The notes under the pieces were generated by a model that searched no databases, had not been told where the DNA came from, and worked only from the letters and a program-made list of their open reading frames with translations. The translations under genes were made by a program, and so were the position numbers. From Lepidodermella squamata (lineage: Eukaryota > Animalia > Gastrotricha), in the NCBI GenBank assembly GCA_047495785.1, contig JBLDXI010000028.1:1612001-1676000 (forward strand): a stretch of DNA of 64,000 nucleotides, in the 5' to 3' direction. Positions 23,522 through 34,531 of this stretch are shown here, piece by piece. Within the stretch, counting starts at the first letter, position 1. Every line of letters begins with the position of its first letter.

Positions 23522-24312
23522 TCTGTTAAATTGCAATTTTTAAAGAATAAATTCAGAAAACGTATCCTCTGATCCTCCTGATATTTCCCAACTTATACCA
23601 TTAAGTCTGGTTTCAAAGAGATCTGTCATCTGTCGCTGTATTTCGCAGAAAATGCGCGATTCGATCTATCGATTCGTTCAATCGATTAGATTTCAGACCC
23701 GCAGATAATACCCCCAGGCCCCCAGACCCCCATACACGTGATATACTGAAAATAATCCCTCTGGCGATCCACCCACCTTTCATGTACGCCGTTGCCCGTT
23801 GCCATGTCCATAAGCGGCAGAAATCTCGATTTTCTTCCCACGGAACATTCGAGTAGCAATGCCTGATAGATTGCAATAGAGTGTACGTACCCCCACTTCC
23901 GGTAGGTAACCTTAAACGAAATACAAAAGAAAGTACATCATTGCTATCATAGCCAAGAACAACCAAGGTCTTTGGCTTAGTGCGGAATGTGCAGCAGAAC
24001 ATTCTTTGTTGACTTTTAATTTGACTTTTAATGCAACTGCCTAGTAACTGCTGACTGGTCAATTATTGAAGTAATGATCTATTAATATCAGCTGACGTCT
24101 GGCACAGGCTGATCCACCACTGCTCGAATGATATTACAGCTGTAAAAGTTCATCGAGAGGACCATAAATCTTATGGGTTTCGCAATTTTATTAAAAAGGA
24201 TCACAACATTTTGTATCTCCTAGCTGAATCCACAGCTTGTTAAAACGATATGAATTTGAATTTGCATGCATAAATTGAGGAGCTGAAGGCCTATCTGTGC
24301 TACTAAGGGAAA

Positions 24313-25464
24313 TCAGAATTGATAGCCAACTTTTGCAGCCATATCTAAGGCGTAACCGTTGATTGCGCAGAACAAGCCAAGTCCAACCATAGAAAACAAA
24401 AAGTCGACCAGTCGCAAGCGGCGAACGCGAAACTTGCCATACAACGATATCTTCTTGTCAAACCATTTAGCATAGAAAGCTACTAGACCGCATGCGGCAC
24501 AGGAATATATTGTCAAAGCCCAAGAGAAGATAATCCATAACCCAGTGTAAGTTGTCAAGAACATTCTTTGTGGCTTCTGGGGCACGTATGTGAGAACGCT
24601 GCCCTGAAGAAAGGTCTGGGCGAGCAGCAGGGTCATGTTGAACATCGGACGATCAGGACTGTGAGCTGGGATGAACAACGACGCCAGGTTGAGGCTGGCT
24701 AATAGAATACACGGTAATATCAAATTGTTGATATAATATTCAGGAGATCGGCGTAGCTTGAACGAGAACCAAGCAGCACTCCGGTTCCCCAACATGTCTA
24801 CGACATAAATTGATGAATTCGACTCTAAAAATTTCCATCCGCTCTTGTGGGTGTCGACGAAGCTTGGCTTAACGTCCAGTTTCGCAGTTGAAAAGGCTGC
24901 GGCACTAGTGAATTCAAGCATGGCCAACTCAATGCGGCAGCTTTGTTCGTCAAACGGGAAATTAGCGAAGTCAAGGTTGCAAAGGGATGAAAACACGCCA
25001 TATCGTTGCCAAGTGAACTCCAAGGTTTGATTTTTCAAATTTTTTACGAAGAGTCGACTATTGAACCCGGAGCTCATTCCGTAATCATCATAGGTATTCT
25101 TATGGTTGACGTTTGGCTTCCAAAAATAGGTTGGGTCTAAATATATTGTCTTCTGGCGTGGGTATTCATATTGCTGGCATATGACATTCCATGAGAGTCG
25201 CAGCGAGCCAGAAAAAGTGAAGACCTCCGAAACGTCGTTGATCCCATGCAAATATTCGGCCTGAACGAGGGCTGACACTTTTGTTTGCTTGCAAATCGGC
25301 GTAACTGCCGATCCGCCTTCATTGCAGGTTGGCGAGTAAAGTTCGATTGAGACATGAGAGCAATTGACCATTAGCTCATTCATTTGCTGCTGCGTGATAT
25401 CGAGCAGTTGAAGCCAAGCTGGCCGAGAAAGCAATAGAATCAAAAGAACGCTTTCATAATTCAT
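24313..25464 (-). CDS. Intronless Cys-loop LGIC-like subunit, subfamily D
   Basis: Signal peptide, FWKP, Cys-loop CNLDFANFPFDEQSC, M2 PDRPMFNMTLLLA. Confidence 0.92.
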   Translation of the reverse strand: MNYESVLLILLLSRPAWLQLLDITQQQMNELMVNCSHVSIELYSPTCNEGGSAVTPICKQTKVSALVQAEYLHGINDVSEVFTFSGSLRLSWNVICQQYEYPRQKTIYLDPTYFWKPNVNHKNTYDDYGMSSGFNSRLFVKNLKNQTLEFTWQRYGVFSSLCNLDFANFPFDEQSCRIELAMLEFTSAAAFSTAKLDVKPSFVDTHKSGWKFLESNSSIYVVDMLGNRSAAWFSFKLRRSPEYYINNLILPCILLASLNLASLFIPAHSPDRPMFNMTLLLAQTFLQGSVLTYVPQKPQRMFLTTYTGLWIIFSWALTIYSCAACGLVAFYAKWFDKKISLYGKFRVRRLRLVDFLFSMVGLGLFCAINGYALDMAAKVGYQF

Positions 25465-26218
25465 CTTTATAAGATCTATAAGACAAAAAATGCTCTCAGC
25501 AAGAAAGTTTCAAGCATTTAAGAAAATCGTCTGATGATATTAAGACATCGATTCCTGTGTAAATTGATAATGAGATCTATAGCGGCACTTCGATTGAAAA
25601 TAAGTGGCAGGCGACGGTGTTTGTCAAATAAAACTTTCATGCCGATAGTTAAGTATTCTTCGCACGCATTGAAGATGTGCGTACTAGATTTGTTTACAAT
25701 TCACACGCATGAAGGAGAGTCTGGCAGAAGTTTCTGGCGGCCCTATTACCTGATCAAAGTTGGGAGAGCGAAATCGGATTGAAGGTCTCTGCTCAGAGCT
25801 TGGGCAACTTTAACCTTGATTTGCCATTTAAAGCGATAGATTTATCGGGGGCTATTGAGTTACAATGAGAAAAACTATGAAAATATGAAAAATGAGTTGT
25901 AATGTAAACATGATGAAAATGGTTCGCCCACGATGTTGTCATTTATTTTTAAATATATCAACAGGAAATCCCCAGAAAGGCCTTCCATTACAGGCGGGTG
26001 CGCTAGACCGGCGATTTGAATATTTATGGCAGGTTCTGGTTGGATATTCTCTGTCGCACTTTGTTCGATTCCCTGGGCTAGCTACCAAAAGCGACTTTCA
26101 CGCTTGAGTGCTCATGAAAAACAGGCGGGGCTTTATCTCCGGCTCTTGGTAACAACAAAATCCCGAAATATCGTTGTTTTTTTTATTGGGAAAAGTCGAA
26201 ACCAGAACAGCTCATTTT

Positions 26219-27409
26219 TTACAGATAGCCGCACTTTGAGGCTACATCTAAAGCATAACCGCATATAGCGAAGAAAACAGTTATTCCAAATAAAGAAATG
26301 GCAAAATCGACAATTTGTATTCTAGTGAAGCGTATTTTGGCGCGTAAGGTGATTTTCCTTTCGAACCAGCGTGGAAAGTAATTGACCAGGCCACAAGCAG
26401 CACATGAGTACATCGTTAGAGCCCACGAATAGATTATCCACATGGCGGTGAATGTTGTCAGGAACATTCTTTGCGGCTTCTGAGGCACGTAGGTAAGGAC
26501 GCTGCTTTGGAAAAACGTTTGGGCGAGCAGAAGGGTCATATTGAAGTTCGGTCTGTCTGGACTGTCAGGAGCGATGAAGAGAGACGCTAAGTTGAGACTA
26601 GCTAGCAAAATAATTGGCAAGACCAAGTTGTTTAAATAGTACTCGGGAGAGCGGCGAAAGGTGAACCAGAAGAAGGCTGCACTTCGGTTTCCTAGGGCGT
26701 CAACATCGCCTACGGAAGAGCTGCCACTAACTAACAGCCACCCCGTTTTATCGCTACTGGCAAAGCTCGGTTTGATATCAACTGTCGCTGTTACGAAACC
26801 AACAGCGCTGATGAATTCGAGCATGTTCAGCTCGACTTTACACGTTTGCTTATCAAAAGGGAAATAGGCAATGTCGAGGCTGCACATAGATGAGATGACG
26901 CCATAACGCTGCCACGTAAATTCCAGCGTATGATTTTTGAGGTTCTTCATGAAAAAACGACTGTTGAATCCGTCGCTCATGCCGTAGTCGTCAAACGTAT
27001 TCTTGTGATTGACGTTTGGCTTCCAGAAGTAATTCGAATCAAGCGAGACCGTTTTAGGCCGTGGGAAGTCGTAATCTTCACAGTAAACCGTCCAGGATAG
27101 CCGCAGAGACCCAGCGAATGTGAAAACCTCGGTAACATCGTTGATTCCATGTAGATATTCGGCCTGCAAGAGGGCGCTTACTGAAGTCTGCTTGCAAATT
27201 TCGGTTGTCGTTGATCCACCTTCAACGCAAGACGGTGAGTATATTTCACTGGTGACATGTGGGCATTTGACTATTATATCATTCATTTGATGCTGTGAAA
27301 TTTCTACCCAAGCCATATCAGCCAGAGCTGCCATCGGCATCAGGAGTAAAAGTGTGAGCAAACTCATCTTGAATATTGCCATAATTTGAACTTGCTCTAT
27401 TACCAACAT
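26219..27409 (-). CDS. Intronless Cys-loop LGIC-like subunit, subfamily D
   Basis: Cys-loop CSLDIAYFPFDKQTC, M2 PDRPNFNMTLLLA. The true start may be a downstream Met closer to the signal peptide. Confidence 0.9.
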   Translation of the reverse strand: MLVIEQVQIMAIFKMSLLTLLLLMPMAALADMAWVEISQHQMNDIIVKCPHVTSEIYSPSCVEGGSTTTEICKQTSVSALLQAEYLHGINDVTEVFTFAGSLRLSWTVYCEDYDFPRPKTVSLDSNYFWKPNVNHKNTFDDYGMSDGFNSRFFMKNLKNHTLEFTWQRYGVISSMCSLDIAYFPFDKQTCKVELNMLEFISAVGFVTATVDIKPSFASSDKTGWLLVSGSSSVGDVDALGNRSAAFFWFTFRRSPEYYLNNLVLPIILLASLNLASLFIAPDSPDRPNFNMTLLLAQTFFQSSVLTYVPQKPQRMFLTTFTAMWIIYSWALTMYSCAACGLVNYFPRWFERKITLRAKIRFTRIQIVDFAISLFGITVFFAICGYALDVASKCGYL

Positions 27410-27753
27410 CTAGATTCTAGATCGGTCCCAGTTAATATCGCTGGGTCCGGTTACGAGTAAACACCAACGGGAGACACTAATCAAATCTGAATGTTTAATT
27501 CGGCGTGCATGATTGATTAGTTATTGAATGCAAATCAGAACTTTGCAGTTTTATGAATATAAATGGCCTTTAATATGTGCAGAATACATCCTGTGCGTCA
27601 TCAATGTTTTTTACCAGATTTATTTACTTTTCTCGAAATTTACCCAGGTATATCGAGCGGCCAAAATAGGCGTGCAAAACAACCGCCCATTTGATTTGGC
27701 AAACAAGACGTAGTCATTTGATACGTCATTGATTTAATTGAATGTGTCAATAT

Positions 27754-28847
27754 TCACTTTGAACTGTACTTCAAGGCAACATGAAGAGCGAAACCGTTGA
27801 TAGCGCAAAACATAACAAAGGCTATCATTCCAACCACTGAATCAATCAAACGATACCGATTAACTATGAAGGTTTTGGACAAAGGAATTTTCTTTTTGAA
27901 CCACTTAGGAAAAATGCTGATACATCCGCAAATCGCAAGTGAGTACACTGTTAGAGCCCAAGACATCGCAATCCCGAGGCCTGTGTAGGTCGCTAGAAAC
28001 ATTCGCTGCGGCTTCGCTGGAACATGGCTCAGGATGCTGTTCTGAAGGAAGGTCTCGGCTAGTAGCAAGGTCACGCTTATCATCGGCCGATCTGGAATTG
28101 TTGCCGGTAGGGAGAGCAAGACAAGATTAATACCGGAGAGCAGTACGCATGGCAAAATCAAATTGCTGATGTAGAACTCTGGAGCACGGCGTAGCTTGAA
28201 CGAAAAATAAGCATAACTCCGGGCTCCTAGCATATCGACAACGCCGATGCCAGTATTTGTCTCAATCAGTAGGCAACCAGTTTCCTCGGTGCTGATGAAC
28301 GTTGGCTTCAAGTCGAGATTAGCCGAGACGAAGCCGACGGCGCTTGTGAATTCTTGCATCGTCAATTCCAGCTTGCATGCCTGTTCATCGAATGGGAACT
28401 CGGCGAAGTTGAGATCGCAAAGGGAGGAAAATACTCCGTAGCGTTGCCATGTAAATTCAAGGGTGTTATTCTTGAGATTTTTAACAAAAAGTCGACTTGT
28501 AAATCCGTTGCTCATTCCATAGTCTTCGTTCGTGTTTTTGTGATTGATGTTCGGCTTCCAGAAATAGGAAGGGTCCAAAAGAATCGTCTTCTGGCGAGGG
28601 AAGTAATAGTTGTCACAATACACATTCCAAGAAACTATTCAGCTTGAATAAGAGCCGTAACTTTCGTTTGATTGCAAATAGGGGTTGTGGTTGATCCACC
28701 CTCGGTACAAGATGGCGAGTATATTTCTGGCGAAACATGCGAACAGTTCGTCATTATTTCGGTCGTCTGCTGCTTGATGAGCTCCGATATTTGTGAATTG
28801 GTCTCTTTCAATAGAGTCAACGTCAGTGAAAACAGAATGATTCTCAT
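27754..28847 (-). pseudogene. Cys-loop subunit pseudogene, subfamily D (internal deletion and frameshift)
   Basis: The N-terminal piece ends ALIQAE-stop. Relative to 34532-35683, about 55 nt (YLHEIND...GSLR) are missing at ~28636. The remainder is in another frame, with Cys-loop CDLNFAEFPFDEQAC. Confidence 0.85.
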
Positions 28848-29038
28848 CTCAACCTAGGAAGATTTCGAAAAGTCTTCAAATTCGCAAGAAAAAGAAAATG
28901 TATGGTTCAGATAATAATAGCAAAACAGCAAACTGAATGATTGATGATGGGTAAGAAAATGACTCTGAAATCAAAAGTTCAACAGGAATAAAATCTTCCA
29001 ATTCTCAAAGAGAAAATAAATGGAGTAATTAATTGAGG

Positions 29039-32000
29039 TAATTAATTAATTAATTAATTAATTAATGGAGTACTTGGGGTACTCAAAATTTCAGCACAGG
29101 AAAAGATAAAACAGCTCCTGCTGCTCAAGAAATGAAAGACCGCCAAATTGATGTTTTGATTGGGCAAGAATTTCGTAAAAAAGGTAAGGGAAAAAAATCG
29201 GTGAATGGTGTTTGCGTTTTACATTCAGGGGTCGATGCGAGCGCCGCGAGAAACCGCGATGGAGTAGTAACTTTTACAGCGGAGAATCCCGAAATTTTAA
29301 TTACCGGTGATGAGATGATCGATGAACGACTGCAAATTGTGAAATTAAAAATTGGCAAACAAAAAATTATAATAATGAACATATATGCGCCTGCGGAATC
29401 TGGGACAGATGCGTTGGATATTTTCATTGCAAAAGTAGAGAGTAAACTAGAGGAGCTTGAGCGATCTAAAGACAGCGATGAAATTATTCTTATTGGCGGT
29501 GATTTGAATGGCGAAATAGCTAAGGGTGTGGAGGAAAGCGATGTGATAGGTGAATACGCTTCGCAAACAGGTAACGAAAAAGGTGAACGGTGGTTCGATT
29601 TTGCCAGCCGAAATGGCTACTGCTTCATAAATACCTTCTTTCCAAATTGTGGTTACACTTTCTTTCGGCACCACAAAACCACTGGAGAAACTCGACGATC
29701 ATTTATTGACTATTTATTGCTACCTCAATACTTAAGAAAAAACGTTTTCGCCTGCGAAACGATAGCAGATGCTTGTTTGGGCCCTGATCATTTGTTATTA
29801 TGTGTACGGATGAGATTCGAACTGGACCGCAAAAATGATATAGTTGAAGAGGCATGGCGCACGGCTCATGAGCGGCTAGAACAGCCAAATTTTTCTAATA
29901 AATTGAAGCAGGTGATGGACCAGAAATTAAGTGACGTAGATAGGACAATTTCAGCTGAGGATGTGTGGCTAAAACTGAAGACGCTGGAGGCGGAAAGTGC
30001 AAAAATCTGCGGGAAAAAACGAGTTAGGAAAAATGGTAAGCGAACTAGGTGGTGGGGCAATAAAACTAGGAAAAAAGCAGCGGCGAAAAAGCGGAAATTT
30101 AAACTATTCGCGAAGGAAAGGAAACGGTTAGATGAACTCGGCGTTGCTACTAGCGCAGATTTGAATAAACTGTGGGACGATTACGTTGAGGAGCGCAACA
30201 GCGAAAAGAAGGTTATAAGACAGGCTAAGGACGAAGTCAAAAAGGAACTTGGAAATAAGTTCTACGCGCTCAGAGATAAGCCTCAGGAAGCACAGTCTTT
30301 CTTTTGGCATCTAATAGCTTCTCTTACTAAAGGGTCGGGCAAGCACGACTATAAAATTGTAATCGAAGACGAAAATGGGAGGATTTTATCAGACAAAATT
30401 CAAGTAGCAGACAGATGGAGACGTTATTTTATGGGAGTTGTAGATGGGGTGGAAATATTAGCTGAGGAAATAAATAAATTGAATGAAAATTTAGAATTTA
30501 CTAGTAAATGTGAAATGCGCGTCATGAAACCGATAACACGCGACGAGATTCAGCTCGCAATTTCAAAGGAAAAATTAAGAAAATCACCCGGTCTCGATGA
30601 AATTAGATTAGAAATGCTTAATGCGCTACAAAATTCGAAAATTGAATGGCTAGAGTTTCTCTTCAATAAAATATGGGCTGAAAAACGCGTTCCTGATGAT
30701 TTTCTGAATTTAATTCTGATCCCAGTGCCAAAAAAAGGAGATTTAAATAAGTGCAATAATTACCGCGGCATAAGTCTAATTAGTATCGTTGCAAAATGTT
30801 ACGCGCGAATTCTTGAAAAGCGGCTTCGCGATGAAATAAATATAAAACTGGAAGAATTTCAACATGGTTTTATGCAAAACAAAGGCACGGGTGACTGCAC
30901 CTTCATATTAAGGCAAATAATGGAGAAAATTATTGAATTTAACAGGAGCATTTTTATAACTTTTATGGACCTGGAAAAGGCTTACGATTTTGTCGACCGC
31001 GATCAAGTTTGGAAAGCGCTCGAAGACCTAGGAGTTTCTCGCGATCTTATAGATAATATTAAGGCATTATACAGGGATAGCATTGCTACTGTGCGAGTAA
31101 ATGGCGTTAGCGCGAAACCCTTCCGGGTGACCAAGGGACTGAGACAAGGCTGCCCATTGTCGCCCCTGTTATTTATAGCAGTATTTAATGTAGTTTGCAA
31201 GCGAGTTAAATTAGAAAAAACAGGTATCCCCCTAACCGACGATGAGTGGCTGATGTTACTAGCATTCGCGGACGATACTGCTTTATTATCGCAAGATTCG
31301 GAGAAAATGCAATTGATTATAGATATTTTTGTTGAGGCGTGTGGACACTTGGGCTTGAAAATTAATGTTCCAAAAACCAAATTCATGAGAGTTAATAAAA
31401 ATGACTGCAATTTACATTTACCTTTTTCCATCTACGGGCAGTACATTGAAGAAGTTGATGAATTCGTATATTTGGGAAGTGTTATCACGTCTGACGGCAG
31501 GTGTAAGGCTGATGTAAGGACTCGTTTAGAAAAAGGCAACAAAGCGTTTGGCGCTATGCGGAAATATATTTTTGGCAATCGATCTGTCCCGACTAAAGAA
31601 AAAATGAAATGTTTAAAGGGCGTTGTGGATGCGACTATCATGCATGGCAGCGAAAGTTGGACGTTAACTTCTGAGGATGCGAGGCGACTCGACGTAGGCT
31701 ATATGCGTTATTTGCGTAAGATATGCGGAGTAACACTTAGGGACAGGATTCGCAATGAGGTCATTAGAAATATGTGTGGTTCAGAACAATTTACATTCAA
31801 AATTGCTAGGCGGCAACTTCGCTGGTACGGGCACGTCGCTCGCATGGACCCCGTAAGGCTGGCAAGCCAGATGCGGTACTGGCAGCCGCCGGATGATACT
31901 TGGAGTAGACCTCGAGGGCGACCAAAATTAAGGTGGATTGATTGCATCAAAAAACATTTGAACAAAATAGGGATTAACAATTTTGAGGAGGCCGACGCCC

Positions 32001-32335
32001 TGGCCCAGGATAGAACTACTTGGAGACAAAAAATTCATAGTTATTTTGGTGAAATTGAAATATCAGAGTAAGGATGAGTTTTTGAGGTTGACGATCAGGA
32101 TAGGTAGCTTGCTACCGGTCCTCCTCCGACACTCGGTTCGCTTGGCGTGAACAAAATTTACATCACGCCCGGCGAATTGGGTACACCGGAGTGAATTTTA
32201 TTTTATCATTTTTCCTTCTCATTTTTGTTTCTTCGTTTCTGTACTTGAACTCAATTGTTTTTGTTATGTTATTGTTGATCAATTAATGAAGGAAAAGATA
32301 AAATAAAGAAAATGCTATGCTATGCTATGCTATGC
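29039..32335 (+). mobile_element. RTE-clade non-LTR retrotransposon
   Basis: Single long ORF with APE endonuclease and RT. 3' (ATGCT)n tail. Candidate target duplication TAATTGAGG at ~29030-29038 and ~32336-32344. Confidence 0.88.
29132..32071 (+). CDS. LINE ORF: APE endonuclease + reverse transcriptase
   Basis: Endonuclease motifs GQE, NIYAP, GGDLN, IDY, DH. RT motifs KSPGLD, NYRGISL, DLEKAYD, GLRQGCPLSP, FADD, YLG. RTE-type C-terminus LRWYGHVARM...RPRGRP..RW. Confidence 0.92.
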   Translation: MKDRQIDVLIGQEFRKKGKGKKSVNGVCVLHSGVDASAARNRDGVVTFTAENPEILITGDEMIDERLQIVKLKIGKQKIIIMNIYAPAESGTDALDIFIAKVESKLEELERSKDSDEIILIGGDLNGEIAKGVEESDVIGEYASQTGNEKGERWFDFASRNGYCFINTFFPNCGYTFFRHHKTTGETRRSFIDYLLLPQYLRKNVFACETIADACLGPDHLLLCVRMRFELDRKNDIVEEAWRTAHERLEQPNFSNKLKQVMDQKLSDVDRTISAEDVWLKLKTLEAESAKICGKKRVRKNGKRTRWWGNKTRKKAAAKKRKFKLFAKERKRLDELGVATSADLNKLWDDYVEERNSEKKVIRQAKDEVKKELGNKFYALRDKPQEAQSFFWHLIASLTKGSGKHDYKIVIEDENGRILSDKIQVADRWRRYFMGVVDGVEILAEEINKLNENLEFTSKCEMRVMKPITRDEIQLAISKEKLRKSPGLDEIRLEMLNALQNSKIEWLEFLFNKIWAEKRVPDDFLNLILIPVPKKGDLNKCNNYRGISLISIVAKCYARILEKRLRDEINIKLEEFQHGFMQNKGTGDCTFILRQIMEKIIEFNRSIFITFMDLEKAYDFVDRDQVWKALEDLGVSRDLIDNIKALYRDSIATVRVNGVSAKPFRVTKGLRQGCPLSPLLFIAVFNVVCKRVKLEKTGIPLTDDEWLMLLAFADDTALLSQDSEKMQLIIDIFVEACGHLGLKINVPKTKFMRVNKNDCNLHLPFSIYGQYIEEVDEFVYLGSVITSDGRCKADVRTRLEKGNKAFGAMRKYIFGNRSVPTKEKMKCLKGVVDATIMHGSESWTLTSEDARRLDVGYMRYLRKICGVTLRDRIRNEVIRNMCGSEQFTFKIARRQLRWYGHVARMDPVRLASQMRYWQPPDDTWSRPRGRPKLRWIDCIKKHLNKIGINNFEEADALAQDRTTWRQKIHSYFGEIEISE

Positions 32336-33351
32336 TAATTGAGGAGCACAGGCGAGTCGATGTTATCCTGACTCCCATATTAAATGCCATATCCCGCCCC
32401 CTCGCCGCTGCCTTCCGAGCGCATCATGCCGTCTTTTGAAGCAAATGAGACCGCTAATTAGCAGCATAAGGGGTTATCAGGAGGAACTACGCCCTATTAA
32501 CACGCTGTTCCACGTTTCAAGCGCAAGTTTGCGATCGAATTACGCTTGCTGGCAAGCTTGTGGAAATGATCAATTAGAAGTAATCTGTTTCAGAGCAAAA
32601 AGCGGCGTGAAGGGCTGGCATCACCGGATGAACACCGTGGCTAATAACACTGGCTAACTGTTATTGTTAACCTTTAACCTTGTTAACCTTTACTGGTAAT
32701 CCTGATGTATAGAGCTAAGTTGGAAAACTACGTCTCTTCGATTCATCTCGATAAGTCGTTTTGTGGACACTTTTTCCGACGCGCGCGACGACTTGAATGG
32801 TCGAATGACCCGCTATAAGTTGCGAGCAAACCTATGGAATATTTCTCCATGTGACCTATTTTTAATGGTTGCACCTTGCACCTTCAAAAAAACATTCAAG
32901 CGTTGTCAGGAAACATCATCAGCGATTCTTATCAACAAATTTACTTTGTTTTAAACATCCAGGCTATATATGTAGTTCGAATAATCACATAAATAATTTC
33001 GAAGTTTAGTTCTTCTCCGCGCAGTTTGGTGAGTGCATCTCGTTTGAACTTTAATGACTTCGCCTATTTTCCATGACACAATACGTTGGTTCGCAGCCTG
33101 ATGGGAGCAATTGAAAAGCGTTAATGTTCCGCACGAACGCGTGAGCATGACGAGTGCTTTGTTTATAGGAGCGAAGCAAAGAATAAAGACCGCTGTGTGT
33201 TTACCTAGAAATTTACCTTCAGCAAACACGCGGAGATCATGTTATATATGGAAGTATGTTTGCTCCGCGCTGACGGAAGCAAGTTATTACAATCGACCGA
33301 TGAATTCCTCGTACCAGGCGTCGACTTTGAATATATCAAACGGCATGAATT

Positions 33352-34506
33352 ATGATCAGATGCAAGTTGGCGCCATATCTGTTCATTGCCGTAATGATTG
33401 GAAAGTGTCTTGCAAGTCCGAGCGATCCAAGGACTAGTGAAATGCTGCGGAACTGTAGCCACCTTCTGCCAGAAACCTACACACCAACTTGCTTGCATGG
33501 AAATTCAAACGCCCCGGATTGGCCGTGTCAAGATACCAACGTTACCGCTATCTTCCACCTGCGAGTGTTTCGAGATATAGACGATGTGGAGGAAACATTG
33601 TCAGTCTCAGGATCAATCCGTTTTGACTGGAATGTATCATGCGAGAACTATGACTATCCTATGCCGAAAACCTTTTTCTTCCTGGACCAAGGCTCGGCTT
33701 GGGCGCCACATATTAACCATCAAAACACGGTTTATAGCTACGGCATGACTGATGGATTTTCTGGACGATTTTACGTACAACTGCCATTTGGCGTGAAACA
33801 AACCTTGAGCTTTTCACTGCAACGCTACGGCATTTTCACCTCCTACTGCCTGATGGATCTGATAAATTTCCCCTTCGACACGCAAGAGTGCTCTGTAATT
33901 TTCATGATTCAAGAAAACCAGAATGGAGCAAGGTTCACAAATCTAGATGTCGTAATTCTGCCTGGCTTCATGCAACTCGGTCACGATTGGACTTTTATCA
34001 ATGCATCGACAGAGATTGGGACGATTTTCATCGATGGAAACCGCAGCTCAGCCATCTATAAACTCAAAATGGCCAGAAAATCGGCTTCTTACGTTTACAA
34101 TTTGATGCTTCCATCTTGTCTGTTAGCTAGCCTCAACCTATTCGCTTTCTTTCTCCCTCCTCAAGAGGCGGATCGACCGGTTTTCACGATGACTCTGCTG
34201 CTGGCGATAACTTTTCTTCAAACTGATATCAATAACAGAATTCCAATGAAGCCTTATAGAATATTGCTGTTGAACTACACCAATTTTTGTGCTGTAATTT
34301 CGTGGCTATGCACAGCCTATTCTCTAGCTTCAATTTATTGTTTCAGAAACATACGAGGTTTATCGAAGCGTATTATCTGTAATTCAAGTGGAGGATATAG
34401 CATACAAGTAATATTTATGATAGATTTAACAATGTTCACTCTTGTATCAATCGCTTTTCTATCTCTGAATCTCTACGCACTCTCTGTGGCACTTTTTATA
34501 ATATAA
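33352..34506 (+). CDS. Intronless Cys-loop LGIC-like subunit (divergent, D/E-related)
   Basis: Signal peptide, AWAP, Cys-loop CLMDLINFPFDTQEC, M2 ADRPVFTMTLLLA. Confidence 0.9.
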   Translation: MIRCKLAPYLFIAVMIGKCLASPSDPRTSEMLRNCSHLLPETYTPTCLHGNSNAPDWPCQDTNVTAIFHLRVFRDIDDVEETLSVSGSIRFDWNVSCENYDYPMPKTFFFLDQGSAWAPHINHQNTVYSYGMTDGFSGRFYVQLPFGVKQTLSFSLQRYGIFTSYCLMDLINFPFDTQECSVIFMIQENQNGARFTNLDVVILPGFMQLGHDWTFINASTEIGTIFIDGNRSSAIYKLKMARKSASYVYNLMLPSCLLASLNLFAFFLPPQEADRPVFTMTLLLAITFLQTDINNRIPMKPYRILLLNYTNFCAVISWLCTAYSLASIYCFRNIRGLSKRIICNSSGGYSIQVIFMIDLTMFTLVSIAFLSLNLYALSVALFII

Positions 34507-34531
34507 GAATAAAAGTTCATAATACAAAAGA

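Noticed and set aside
23613-24062. 149-aa minus-strand ORF
   Set aside because: Non-ATG start, no motif, and it partly overlaps duplicated non-coding flank.
27754-28847. An intron reconciling the two ORFs into an intact gene
   Set aside because: Sequence is missing, not added, relative to paralogs: conserved beta-1/beta-2 residues are deleted.
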